64,000 nucleotides of DNA. Source: Bryobacterales bacterium (GTDB lineage: Bacteria; Acidobacteriota; Terriglobia; Bryobacterales; Bryobacteraceae). Made by a program: the position numbers and the translations under genes. Positions 26,571-36,180 of the stretch are shown here, piece after piece; position 1 is the first letter of the stretch; the number at the start of each line of letters is the position of its first letter. Where the stretch lies: NCBI GenBank assembly GCA_003163855.1, contig PLRJ01000087.1, positions 177,296-241,295 of the forward strand, written 5' to 3'. Below the pieces are notes generated by a model. It was given only the letters and a program-made list of their open reading frames with translations, did no database searches and had not been told where the DNA came from.

Positions 26571-28168
26571 TTTTCCGGCTCTTTTACATCGACTAACTGG
26601 TTAACTGGTACCTTGCTTAGATGTTGTTTGTGTCCGCTGGGCCAAAGGATCTCGATATCGTTCAACTCGCTGGCCGGGCCCACTCCAAAATGCACCGGAC
26701 ACAAGCTGGATGAGGCATAACTGACCGCGCTGGTCATTTGGTTCCATCGCTTGTCGACGCGGATAACTGCCCCTATCGCATCTCGATTGCTGCGCGTTCC
26801 CTCGAGGCGAAACTCCACCCAGTTCCCCAGCACAGGCGAGGTATTTTTCCAAAGTTCAGCTTTCTCTCCTAGCGATGAGACAACAATTCCGATGCGGCCA
26901 TCGCCGTCGAAATCGGCGAAAGCCGCGCCTCGATGCGCCTTCACCTCCGCTTTCATTGCGGCGGGAGTGGCATCGATAAACTTGCCGTTCTGGTTCACGA
27001 AAATGCTGCTGGCTTCCTTGTACGGGTGCGATTCGGTTTCTTCGGCTCGATCGTTAACGTTGGAATTTGCGGTGAAAATGTCTTTCCAGCCATCGTTGTT
27101 AAGGTCCACCAGGCCGATTCCCCAGCCGCTGTGATTAATGCTCAGGGGGCCTATGCGACTGGCGTAAGTGTTGTCGGAAAAGGAACCGTCGCCAACGCCC
27201 CGCAGCAAGGGAAACGTTTCGCCGGCAAGCGCTGTGAAGATAATGTCGGGACGGCCATCGTTATCAGCATCGCGAAAATCGGTACCCATACTTGATATCG
27301 GCTTGCCTCTATCAGTGAGGGCCGCGCCCGACAACAGACCAACCTCCTCAAACGTGCCGTTACGCAGGTTGTGGAACAGGAAATTGGGCATGTTGTCATT
27401 GGTTACAAAGATGTCCTGAAATCCGTCGCCATCGTAGTCGGCAAACGCTACACTCATTCCCCTGCCCTTGAACTTAGCTATGCCGGATTTCATTGAAACG
27501 TCTTCAAACAACCCATTGCCACGATTGTGATAGAGAGTGGCAGCGAGTGGCTCGTAATATTTGGGGTTGCAGTAGACGCGCAGTCCCTTGTCGCGATTCC
27601 CGCAGAAGCGATCCTGCAGCGGCGCATCGGAGTAGTGGACAACGAGAAGATCGAGTTTGCCGTCGTTGTCGTAATCAAACCATCCGGCTGCAACTGCCCA
27701 TTGGCCGCTTTTTATGCCAGCTTTTTCGGTGACATCTTCAAAGGTGCCATCGCCGCGGTTGTGGTACAGGAGATTGCGATTCACGCCGGCTACGAATAAG
27801 TCAGCATGCCCATCGTTGTCGTAGTCGCCTGCGGCTGCTCCCATGGAGTAGCCGGCTCCGGAAACTCCAGCCTGCTCAGTGACGTCGGTGAAGCGGCCGT
27901 TGCCTTCGTTTCGAAAGAGCCGGTTCCAGTATTTGGGCGAGCTTTTGTTCAGAGAGGGAACTTCAGCGCCGTTGGTAAAGTAGATATCCGGCCTTCCGTC
28001 ACCGTTGTAGTCGAACACGGCAATGCCTCCCGGCATGGTTTCAATTAGGAATTTGTTTGGAGTGGGACTGTTCTCCAGGGTGAAAGAGACGCCGGAAGAG
28101 TCGGCGACATCCGAGAAGTTGAGGGCCGCCAGTCCCGCAAGAAGAGCTAATGCGTGTTTGACCTGCAA
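26567..28168 (-). CDS. CRTAC1-family protein (FG-GAP/VCBS repeats plus a C-terminal ASPIC/UnbV domain), exported
   Basis: Repeated D.D.DG.(x)D(i/l)(f/y)v.N motifs and ...FEDVT..AG... units. C-terminal GAVIRVDKRW...YASSSLCPVHFGVG...IEILWPSG. I prefer TTG 28168, which gives the signal peptide QVKHALALLAGLAALNFS. The listed ATG 28240 overlaps the divergent gene. Confidence 0.8.
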   Translation of the reverse strand: MQVKHALALLAGLAALNFSDVADSSGVSFTLENSPTPNKFLIETMPGGIAVFDYNGDGRPDIYFTNGAEVPSLNKSSPKYWNRLFRNEGNGRFTDVTEQAGVSGAGYSMGAAAGDYDNDGHADLFVAGVNRNLLYHNRGDGTFEDVTEKAGIKSGQWAVAAGWFDYDNDGKLDLLVVHYSDAPLQDRFCGNRDKGLRVYCNPKYYEPLAATLYHNRGNGLFEDVSMKSGIAKFKGRGMSVAFADYDGDGFQDIFVTNDNMPNFLFHNLRNGTFEEVGLLSGAALTDRGKPISSMGTDFRDADNDGRPDIIFTALAGETFPLLRGVGDGSFSDNTYASRIGPLSINHSGWGIGLVDLNNDGWKDIFTANSNVNDRAEETESHPYKEASSIFVNQNGKFIDATPAAMKAEVKAHRGAAFADFDGDGRIGIVVSSLGEKAELWKNTSPVLGNWVEFRLEGTRSNRDAIGAVIRVDKRWNQMTSAVSYASSSLCPVHFGVGPASELNDIEILWPSGHKQHLSKVPVNQLVDVKEPEN

Positions 28169-28213
28169 CCAACATAGTAGCGATTTAATGGCGCCGTATC
28201 TTACAATCGCTGA

Positions 28214-29449
28214 ATGAACTCCTCCGTTTCGCGACGACACTTTATGGGCGCTGCAGGCGCGGCCTCGCTGTTAAGCGCGCGAAGTTACTCGGCCATTGTT
28301 GGCGCAAACGACCGGCTTCGAATCGGCGTGATTGGTGCGGGAGGAATGGCCACCAATCACATGAAAGCTCTAGTGAAGATGCGCGCTGGCGATAACTTCT
28401 CCATAGAGAGCGTTTGCGACGTTTACACTAAACGCCGCGACATTGCGGCGCAGCTGACTGGTGGTAAACCGGTTGACGATTACCGTACGCTGCTGCAGAA
28501 CAAGGATATTGATTATGTTCTGATTGCAACGCCGGAGCACTGGCATTTTCAAATGGCGATGGACGCGCTGGATGCGGGTAAGCACGTGTATGTGGAGAAG
28601 CCCATGACGCATACCATTGAGCAGTCGCAGAAACTGGTTCGCAAGGTGCAGTCTAGCGGCCGCAAACTGCAGGTGGGTGTGCAAGGCATGTCGGACGAGT
28701 CGTACGCGGTGGCGAACGAACATATCAAAGCAGGTGAACTGGGGACCATCGTGCTGGCTCAGATCGATTATTCACGCAATTATCAAGGTGATTTCTGGGC
28801 CGGCAACGACTATCCGATTGATGCCGGCGCGAAACCCGGCGTGAATCTCGACTGGAATGCGTGGCTCGGCCCGGCGCCCAAGCGGGAATGGGATCCGGAA
28901 CGCTATTTCCGCTGGAGGCGCTACTGGGATTACTCAGGCGGCATCGCAAGCGATCTTTTTATTCATAGAGCTACGCGCCTGTTGAAGGCGATGGGCTTGA
29001 CTTATCCACAGTATGTGGTGGCAACCGGAGGAAAGTTCGAGTTTAAGGACAGCCTTGCCGAGATTCCGGACACCTTCGATGTTCTAGCCGATTTTCCGGG
29101 CGGTCCAACCATGCAGTTGGTTTCCTCCATGGCGAATGATGCACCTATTGATCACATGATCCGCGGCCACAAAGCCACTCTCTACTTCAGTCGCACGGGG
29201 TTTACCATCAAGCCGGAGAAGGCGTCGGAGAACGATGTCCAGCCGTTTACTTACGAAAAGAAGGGCGCGGAAGATGTCACCCTCCACCACCGGAACCTGC
29301 AGCAAGCCATTCGCACCAATGCCGCGCTCAACTGCGATTGCATGCTGGGCATGTATGGTGTCGTTCTGTGCGATATGGCGGTGGAATCCTATCGAACGCG
29401 CCAATATCTGCAATGGAGCGGCGATAAGGTAACAGTCGCTAAGGCGTAG
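28214..29449 (+). CDS. Gfo/Idh/MocA-family oxidoreductase with a twin-arginine signal
   Basis: The Tat motif SRRHFMGAAGAASLL, the Rossmann motif LRIGVIGAGGMATNH and the conserved EKPM. Confidence 0.85.
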   Translation: MNSSVSRRHFMGAAGAASLLSARSYSAIVGANDRLRIGVIGAGGMATNHMKALVKMRAGDNFSIESVCDVYTKRRDIAAQLTGGKPVDDYRTLLQNKDIDYVLIATPEHWHFQMAMDALDAGKHVYVEKPMTHTIEQSQKLVRKVQSSGRKLQVGVQGMSDESYAVANEHIKAGELGTIVLAQIDYSRNYQGDFWAGNDYPIDAGAKPGVNLDWNAWLGPAPKREWDPERYFRWRRYWDYSGGIASDLFIHRATRLLKAMGLTYPQYVVATGGKFEFKDSLAEIPDTFDVLADFPGGPTMQLVSSMANDAPIDHMIRGHKATLYFSRTGFTIKPEKASENDVQPFTYEKKGAEDVTLHHRNLQQAIRTNAALNCDCMLGMYGVVLCDMAVESYRTRQYLQWSGDKVTVAKA

Positions 29450-30680
29450 TTTCGATAAGACTGGGGTCAGTCACGGGCTCGGCCTGTTTGCTGCGAATCA
29501 TGGTGTGGCCTCCAAAGAAGACTGCCATGGCGAGGAACAGCAGGAAGGCGGCGAAGCTGGAACTGAGCCAGAACCCTTTCCAATTGTGTGTGCCATTGGC
29601 TGATGTGAAAAAGTCAACGGCCACACCGGAAAGCAACGAGCCTATCAGCATTCCAATGCCATAGGTCATGAAGGTGTAAAGGCCCTGGGCGGTATTTCGC
29701 AACGCCGGGGGCGCTTCCTGGTCGGTATAAAGCTGACCGGTTACAAAGAAGAAGTCATAGCAGACGCCATGAATGATGATTGCCAGATAGAACATCCACA
29801 CGGCCGGTCCGGCGTTGCCAAAGGCGAGCAGACCGTAACGGGTGCTCCAAGCCGCCAGGCCCAACAGGAAGATGGCTTTAACACTTACGCGCCGAAAAAC
29901 CAGCGGCATTGCCAGCATGACTCCAACTTCCGAGACTTGGCCCAATGTCATTTTCCCCGCGGCATTCACTACTCCTACATCGTTTAAGAACGCATTGGTG
30001 AAGGAAAAATAGAACGTCAGCGGAATGCAGGCGAGTATGGAAGCGATGGCGAAAATCAGGTAAGAACGGTCCTTTAGCATCACAAGGGCGTCGAGTCCCA
30101 GAATGTCTCTGGCAGTTATCGCTCTTCCCTTCCCGGCGGGCGGAGTGTGGGGCAACGTCAGACAGAACAGGCCAGTGACGACAGACATGCCAGAGGCAAG
30201 AAGGAACGGAGTTGAGGATGCCTCAATCCGAAAATGCCCGATAAGCAGACCGATGCATATCCACCCGAAAGTCCCGAACACGCGAAATAAAGGAAACTGC
30301 CGGGCGTCAGGGCAATTCTTCAAAGTGATGGCAGTTGTAAGTGCCAGGGTCGGAAAATAACAGAGGCAATAGGCCAGCATCAGCGAGTAAACGGCGGCAA
30401 AACTGGTGACCTTCGTCACCAGGAATAACAGCACTGCGCCGATCAGGTGTACCGCACAAAGTACGCGTTCTGTGGAAAAGAACCGGTCGGCAATGAGCCC
30501 GACAAAGAACGGCGAAATCATGGAAGCCAACGCTGTTGTACCGAACACCAACCCCGCTTGAGTTCCCGAGAACTTCAAAGTTGTTGTCAGATAGGTGCTG
30601 ATGGTGACATACCAGCAGCCCCAAACAAAGAAGTTCAGGAACATCATCAGGCTAAGACGCGCCGAAGTAAAGTTGAACAA
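29439..30680 (-). CDS. MFS transporter of the nucleoside:H+ symporter (NHS) family
   Basis: 12 TM helices. The N-terminus LSLMMFLNFFVWGCWYVTISTYL...ISPFFVGLIADRFF is typical of the Nuc_H_symport family. The substrate is not inferable. Confidence 0.7.
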   Translation of the reverse strand: MFNFTSARLSLMMFLNFFVWGCWYVTISTYLTTTLKFSGTQAGLVFGTTALASMISPFFVGLIADRFFSTERVLCAVHLIGAVLLFLVTKVTSFAAVYSLMLAYCLCYFPTLALTTAITLKNCPDARQFPLFRVFGTFGWICIGLLIGHFRIEASSTPFLLASGMSVVTGLFCLTLPHTPPAGKGRAITARDILGLDALVMLKDRSYLIFAIASILACIPLTFYFSFTNAFLNDVGVVNAAGKMTLGQVSEVGVMLAMPLVFRRVSVKAIFLLGLAAWSTRYGLLAFGNAGPAVWMFYLAIIIHGVCYDFFFVTGQLYTDQEAPPALRNTAQGLYTFMTYGIGMLIGSLLSGVAVDFFTSANGTHNWKGFWLSSSFAAFLLFLAMAVFFGGHTMIRSKQAEPVTDPSLIETTP

Positions 30681-30683
30681 TGA

Positions 30684-31604
30684 TTACACCCCTGTCGAAT
30701 ACGTTGTATCAATTATGCGCTGCAAGTAAGTAAGGGAGGCTCGGATATCTTCTTCCTGGCGGCTCCCGGAGATCTCGCGTTCAATAGTGATAGGGCCGGC
30801 ATACCCTAGCGCATGCAGCTTTCGGACGACTTCCGCGAAGTCCACTTTGCCCTGACCGATTGGCACTTCTTCCCCTAATTTCCGCGGATTTGTGGGATAA
30901 CGGCCGTCTTTCGCGTGCAAACCTCGGACATACTCGCCGATGACATCCAAAGCCGCAACCGGATCTCCTTTTCCATAGAGAATCAGGTTGGCAGTGTCCA
31001 GATTCACCCCTATGTTGTCCAGTTGAGAGTCTTGAATGGCTCGCAGCAGAGTGACTGGCGTCTCCTGGCCAGTTTCCATTAAAAATGTCTGGCCGTTTGC
31101 TTTGCAATATGCAGCAACTTCGTGGATAGCGGCCACGACCTCGGGGTACATCGCGCTGTTCGGGTCTTCGGGTATGAAGCCACAGTGAGTATGAACAGCT
31201 TTGATGTTGCATTGGAGTGCCAAATTGGAGGCGCGTTTCAAAGCGTCGATTCTCGCCGCGCGCGTCTCTGGCGGAAGCAGCCCGATGGTCTTCGGACCAT
31301 CGTAGAAATCCCACACCATCTTGCCCGAACCCAGTGTCATGACCGCGGTAGCTTCAACCTGGTACTTTGCCAGCGCCGCTTTTAGTGGCGCAGCTAGTCC
31401 ATCAGGAGATAACCCGACATGAACCTGGCACTGGCTTAATCCAAACGACTTTACGTGGGCTATGGCTTCGTCGGGCGAATGCTTCCCGATCACATCTGTC
31501 ACGACACCTAGTCTGGGTTTGTTTACTGCCGCACCAGTAGCTAACGACGCCGCTGTAAGCGCCACCGCCGATTTGATAAATTGACGCCGATCAGCGGCTT
31601 GCAT
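30684..31604 (-). CDS. Xylose-isomerase-like TIM-barrel protein (sugar phosphate isomerase/epimerase family) with a Tat signal
   Basis: The Tat motif DRRQFIKSAVALTAASL. TIM-barrel family pattern (…HTHCGF…, …FLMETGQE…, …VNLDTANLILYG…, …HAKDG…). Confidence 0.75.
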   Translation of the reverse strand: MQAADRRQFIKSAVALTAASLATGAAVNKPRLGVVTDVIGKHSPDEAIAHVKSFGLSQCQVHVGLSPDGLAAPLKAALAKYQVEATAVMTLGSGKMVWDFYDGPKTIGLLPPETRAARIDALKRASNLALQCNIKAVHTHCGFIPEDPNSAMYPEVVAAIHEVAAYCKANGQTFLMETGQETPVTLLRAIQDSQLDNIGVNLDTANLILYGKGDPVAALDVIGEYVRGLHAKDGRYPTNPRKLGEEVPIGQGKVDFAEVVRKLHALGYAGPITIEREISGSRQEEDIRASLTYLQRIIDTTYSTGV

Positions 31605-32595
31605 AAAACTCCTTGAGTAAGCTCAATCGCGTGGATTCGAACGAGCGGCTATTTTCCACAATGAGCGCGGCTAAATCAGGCTGCTGTTCGATAAATGCCA
31701 TTCCTTTTTTGCGCCCCAGGACGCTGACCGCAGTAGCGGCGGCATCTGCGCGCATTCCATCGCGGGAAACCGTAGTCACGGCAATCTCCCTTTCCAAACC
31801 CATACCGGTACTCGGATCGAGGATATGCGAATAGCGTTTGCCATGGATTTCGAGATACTGCTCCGTGCCGCCGGAAGTGGAGACTGCCGCATTCGCCAAG
31901 ATAAACACTCGCGTAAAGGGCTTGTCGGCGCTGTCGAAGGAATCAATACCTATTTTCCATCCCGGCTGACCTGGAGGAGCGTCGCTGAATGCCAGATCTC
32001 CGCTAGCCGCCACCAGCGCGCTGGTAATTCCCAGCTTGGAAAGTTCACTTACAGTCTCCTCGGCGGCGTAGCCTTTGGCAATGCCTCCCAAATCCAATTC
32101 GATGCCACTTGCATCAAGTCTAAGCGTGCGGCTGTTAATGTCTACGTGTACCTTTCGATAGTCGCATTTCGCTCGCGCCGCCGCTAAGGCTTCGACTGAG
32201 GGTAGTTGATGGGTGCGACGCGATTCCCTCCAGAGCTTTGTCAGGCGTCCGACCGTGATATCGAAGGCGCCGTCCGATTCGTCTGAAATCCGCTGGGAGG
32301 CTTCCAAAACGCGCGCCAGGTCGTTGCTGATGTGGACCGGCTTATCGGCAGCCCTCTGCGACGCTATGTTCAACTCACTATCCGGCTTGTAATCGGAGAA
32401 TATTCGGTCCAAGTCATCGATGCGCGCGAAGCCAGCTTTGAAGGCGGCCTTTGCGGTGGATTCATCTTTCGCGTACAGCTTGATGCGAAAGAGCGTACCC
32501 ATATGGGGTTCCACCGACTCATAAAGTTGGGCGGCATTGATCACGGAAATACAAGCTGTGAACAGAATTGCAAGTCTGAAGTTATTGCTCATCAT
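31591..32595 (-). CDS. apbE: FAD:protein FMN transferase
   Basis: HMGT..., DLGGIAKGYAAEE and AAVSTSGGTEQY...HILDPSTG are ApbE motifs. I prefer the start at ATG 32595/32592 (MMSNNFRLAILFTAC..., a signal or lipoprotein-like peptide), which overlaps the upstream stop by 14 nt. Confidence 0.85.
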   Translation of the reverse strand: MMSNNFRLAILFTACISVINAAQLYESVEPHMGTLFRIKLYAKDESTAKAAFKAGFARIDDLDRIFSDYKPDSELNIASQRAADKPVHISNDLARVLEASQRISDESDGAFDITVGRLTKLWRESRRTHQLPSVEALAAARAKCDYRKVHVDINSRTLRLDASGIELDLGGIAKGYAAEETVSELSKLGITSALVAASGDLAFSDAPPGQPGWKIGIDSFDSADKPFTRVFILANAAVSTSGGTEQYLEIHGKRYSHILDPSTGMGLEREIAVTTVSRDGMRADAAATAVSVLGRKKGMAFIEQQPDLAALIVENSRSFESTRLSLLKEFYASR

Positions 32596-33865
32596 GTTCC
32601 ACGCCGCTATTCCAATACTTGAACATGGCTTCAACCGTCGGCAACTTGACCGGCCGTATAAGTCGAAAGCCAAGCCACTGCGCATCAGTCTCATACCAGA
32701 TGCTTTTCGGCAGTTGCGGATCCTGCTGCTTCCACGATGGGTCGGAGGCTACCCGCGACGCGCACCTTAGCTGATCAGCCGGATCGTTCCACGATCCGCC
32801 GCGAACACTCGTCGGATACGGCTGCGTCTCCACTACCCAAGGCTCGTTCTCGGAACCGTCTCTATAGGGCGCGTAGGCATCAAGGGTCCACTCCATGACG
32901 TTCCCCAACATGTCATACAAACCCCATGGATTGGGCTTCTTCGTCGCAACCTTTTGATATTTTCCGCCGCTGTTGGCTGAATACCACGCATAATCCTTGA
33001 GTTGCGAGGCGTCGCTACCGAAATAAAAGGCAGTTGTGGTTCCGGCGCGGCAGGCATATTCCCATTCGGCCTCGGTGGGCAGACGGTAAAATTCGCCAGT
33101 CTTGGCGCTCAGCCATTCAGCGTATTTATTAGCGGCGTGCTGAGTCATGCTGATGGCGGGAAAGCCATTGATCCCCATGCCAAAGCTCATCTCCACATAA
33201 GGGCGCGTGGGGCGGCTGACGGCGTCTACGGTGTCGTCTTTGCGCGCTATCTCTCCGGCCTGCGCGGCGAACATGAACAAGCGATATTCATCCCAGGTGA
33301 CTTCATGCGCCTGCATCCAGAACGGTTCCACTGTCACTTGGTGAGACGGTTGCTCATCTGGTTTGTGCATCGGATCGGAGTCACTCGACCCCATAACGAA
33401 TTTTCCGGCTGGAATAGGAACCATCTCAAAGGAAACAGTTGTGTTCGGCAGGGTGACGCTGTAGGGTGACGCAGTTTTGTGCGAGGCCTGCGCGGCAATG
33501 CGCTCCCCTATTTTGCGCACGTTATCCAGTTCCAGGCTAGCTGGTGTCGCCTCGATTGGTTTCGCCGGAACCTTCAAAACGTAATTCTGAGGCCAGTAGG
33601 CGCCCGCTTTTATCCATCGGCCTATGCTCTCGATTTCCGCGGAACTCAGTTTGCCACCCGGGGGCATAACGCCACTCTCGATGCTTGAAAGAAGGACTTG
33701 GCTATGATTTAAAGCGAAATCACGAGTAGTCAGGTCCAGATGTCCAGCGGCTGAGCCGTCGTGATGACAACTGGTGCAGCGGGTTTCCAGGATGGGCGCA
33801 ATGTCTTTCTGAAAGTCGACAGGAGCCGCTAAGAACAGCCCGAACGCAACTAGGGCGGCTATCAT
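32582..33865 (-). CDS. Fusion of an N-terminal CxxCH (Planctomycete cytochrome c, PSCyt1-like) module with a formylglycine-generating-enzyme-fold (SUMF1/EgtB/PvdO) domain, exported
   Basis: Signal peptide. DFQKDIAPILETRCTSCHHDG, and further on in the chain, MPPGG. FGE-fold motifs: HQVTVEPFWMQAHEVTWDEY, RLPTEAEWEYACRAGTTT, GLYDMLGNVMEWTLD, VRGGSW. Confidence 0.8.
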   Translation of the reverse strand: MIAALVAFGLFLAAPVDFQKDIAPILETRCTSCHHDGSAAGHLDLTTRDFALNHSQVLLSSIESGVMPPGGKLSSAEIESIGRWIKAGAYWPQNYVLKVPAKPIEATPASLELDNVRKIGERIAAQASHKTASPYSVTLPNTTVSFEMVPIPAGKFVMGSSDSDPMHKPDEQPSHQVTVEPFWMQAHEVTWDEYRLFMFAAQAGEIARKDDTVDAVSRPTRPYVEMSFGMGINGFPAISMTQHAANKYAEWLSAKTGEFYRLPTEAEWEYACRAGTTTAFYFGSDASQLKDYAWYSANSGGKYQKVATKKPNPWGLYDMLGNVMEWTLDAYAPYRDGSENEPWVVETQPYPTSVRGGSWNDPADQLRCASRVASDPSWKQQDPQLPKSIWYETDAQWLGFRLIRPVKLPTVEAMFKYWNSGVEHDEQ

Positions 33866-33872
33866 CTATCAA

Positions 33873-35177
33873 TTAAGAGAACTTGGTGAGCCCAGGTTGG
33901 GCGCGCGGAGTGACCGGCAGACTGCTGTTCCATTCAAGGTGTTCAGGGAAGATCTTCTCCTGGGAATTCAGCGCCATATCCCACGTTATCTCCTGCCCTG
34001 TGTAGGCGGCCATGCGGCCCATCATGGATAGCAGCGTGCTGGTAGCCATGCGCTTGCCATCGTTCACTGGTTTCTGATGGCGAATCGAAGCGAACAGAAC
34101 ATCGTGCTCGCGCTGGTACATGTCGTATTTCTGTCCCGACCAAGTCCAATTCGTCTTGCCCTCAATCCTGGGAGCGGGTCCGCGGCCGATAGTAATTGTG
34201 CCTTCCGTGCCCATGATGTAATCCGAGTTTTCGTTGTAGCAGCCTTCTATCTGCCGGCTGGCCAGGAACGCACGCACGCCGCCTGGATAAAGGTAGTTCA
34301 CTTCAAAGTGGTCGAAGATATTACCGCCCTCGGCGGGAATGGCGCGCCCACCCACACCAACACAACTGACGGGCGGTTCATCTCCCATAGCCCAGGCTAT
34401 TTTGTCGGCGCTATGAACGGCTTGTTCCACAATACTGTCGCCGCAACTCCAGACGAAGTTGTACCAATTCTTCAATTGCCACTGCGCGTCGCTCATACCG
34501 GCGGGGCGAGTACTCTCGGCCGGCATGGGCTTCACCGGGCTTGTGTAATAGGTGGCGTAGTAGGCGATTTTCTTTCCAATTGCCCCTTCATTCAACTTCT
34601 GGAAGGTGTCCTGAATATAGTTGCTGTAACGCCAACAGAAGCCGGCAACCAGCGACAGATTCTTCTGCTTAGCTCGTTCGGAGGTATCCAATACGGACCG
34701 AACACCAGGCGCGTCCGTAGCAATTGGCTTCTCGCAGAAAACATTCTTATTAGCGTCGATGCAGGCGGCCAGGTGAATGGGCCGGAAGCCGGGAGGCGTA
34801 GCCAGCAGAACAACATCAACGCCACTGTCGATAAGTTTTTTATACGCATCCATCCCCAGGAACACGTTGGTCTGTTCCACCATCACACGGGGAGCTATCT
34901 TTGAGATTTTTTTCAGCGTTGCCAGCGAGTGGTCGACTTGCGATTGAGCAACGTCGGCTACCGCCGTGAGTTCAGCGTAATCGTCGGCATGCAAAGCCTG
35001 ACCGGCAGCGCCCGTGCCGCGGCCTCCGCAGCCAACCAGGCCTATCTTGATGGCGTTGGTTACAGTCTGCGCCTTGATAATGGCGGGAAATCCGCCGGCT
35101 AGAGACGCGCCGATGGCGCCAGCCGCACCTTTCACAAACTCGCGTCGATCTGAATGAACTGAATCTGCTTGTTTCAT
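33873..35177 (-). CDS. Gfo/Idh/MocA-family oxidoreductase with a Tat signal
   Basis: I prefer the start at ATG 35177 (MKQADSVHSDRREFVKGAAGAIGASL). IKIGLVGCGGRGTGAAGQAL and CEKPIA are present. The listed longer ORF adds 71 non-signal residues that run into the divergent promoter region. Confidence 0.85.
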   Translation of the reverse strand: MKQADSVHSDRREFVKGAAGAIGASLAGGFPAIIKAQTVTNAIKIGLVGCGGRGTGAAGQALHADDYAELTAVADVAQSQVDHSLATLKKISKIAPRVMVEQTNVFLGMDAYKKLIDSGVDVVLLATPPGFRPIHLAACIDANKNVFCEKPIATDAPGVRSVLDTSERAKQKNLSLVAGFCWRYSNYIQDTFQKLNEGAIGKKIAYYATYYTSPVKPMPAESTRPAGMSDAQWQLKNWYNFVWSCGDSIVEQAVHSADKIAWAMGDEPPVSCVGVGGRAIPAEGGNIFDHFEVNYLYPGGVRAFLASRQIEGCYNENSDYIMGTEGTITIGRGPAPRIEGKTNWTWSGQKYDMYQREHDVLFASIRHQKPVNDGKRMATSTLLSMMGRMAAYTGQEITWDMALNSQEKIFPEHLEWNSSLPVTPRAQPGLTKFS

Positions 35178-35283
35178 GGGCAAAAGAAGGAAAGGTAAGG
35201 GACAGAATAACAAAAAAACACATCGAAAATCGCAAGTTTCTTGCTTCTCAGCGCCGCACGGTGCGAATCTTTGAAGTACAGCT

Positions 35284-36180
35284 ATGCTTCGCCGAACCTT
35301 TTTGCAGTCTACTGCCGCACTTGCCTGCGTCTCCGCCGCGCGCGCCAACTCTGCGCGTCTTCCCATAGCGATGGCGGTGGAATACAACATGCTGCCAGCG
35401 AAGCTTTCGATTCTGGATCGCTTTCAACTGGCGAAAGACTGCGGATTCGAGCGAATTGAGTGCCCCACCACGAAAGACCCGGCCGATGCCGAGTCTATGA
35501 AGGCAGCTTCAGAGAAGACGGGGCTGCCGATACACTCGGTGATGAACTCCGATCACTGGAAATATCCGTTTTCGTCGGCTGATCCGGAGGTAGTTGCCAA
35601 GAGTCTGGAGGGCGCCAGGGTCTCCATTCGGAATGCCCACTTGTGGGGCGCCGAGACAGTTTTGCTGGTACCCGCGGTGGTGAATGCGCAGACGACCTAC
35701 AAGCAAGCCTACGAACGGTCGCAACCTGCCATTCGGCAATTGATACCTCTGGCGGAGGAAGTGAAAGTCACTCTAGCTTTGGAGGAGGTGTGGAACAAGT
35801 TTCTGCTGAGTCCGCTGGAATTTGCCCGCTATATAGACGAATACGATTCACCAAGGGTGCGTGCTTATTTCGACGTCGGCAATGTGGTGCTTTATGGCTA
35901 TCCGCAGGATTGGATTCGCACCTTGGGAAAGCGCATCGTCAAGTTACATTTTAAGGACTTCTCGTTCCGCCGCGATCCGGCTACAAAGAAACTGACGGCT
36001 GAATGGGTTTCGCTCGGCGAAGGTGACATCGATTGGAAGGCCATCTACGACGCTTTGGGAGACATTGGCTACAAGGGGACCGCGACACTCGAACTTGAGG
36101 GCGGCGAGGCGACTTACTTGAAAGAAATGTGCCGCCGCTTCAACCTCATCCTCTCGGGCGAACTGAAGCGGCCGGTTTAG
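35284..36180 (+). CDS. Xylose-isomerase-like TIM-barrel protein (UlaE/hydroxypyruvate-isomerase-like) with a Tat-type signal
   Basis: MLRRTFLQSTAALACVSAARA. Family motifs are present: FERIEC, VLLVPAVV, LALEEVWNKF, YFDVGNVVLYGYPQDWI, HFKDF. Confidence 0.75.
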   Translation: MLRRTFLQSTAALACVSAARANSARLPIAMAVEYNMLPAKLSILDRFQLAKDCGFERIECPTTKDPADAESMKAASEKTGLPIHSVMNSDHWKYPFSSADPEVVAKSLEGARVSIRNAHLWGAETVLLVPAVVNAQTTYKQAYERSQPAIRQLIPLAEEVKVTLALEEVWNKFLLSPLEFARYIDEYDSPRVRAYFDVGNVVLYGYPQDWIRTLGKRIVKLHFKDFSFRRDPATKKLTAEWVSLGEGDIDWKAIYDALGDIGYKGTATLELEGGEATYLKEMCRRFNLILSGELKRPV

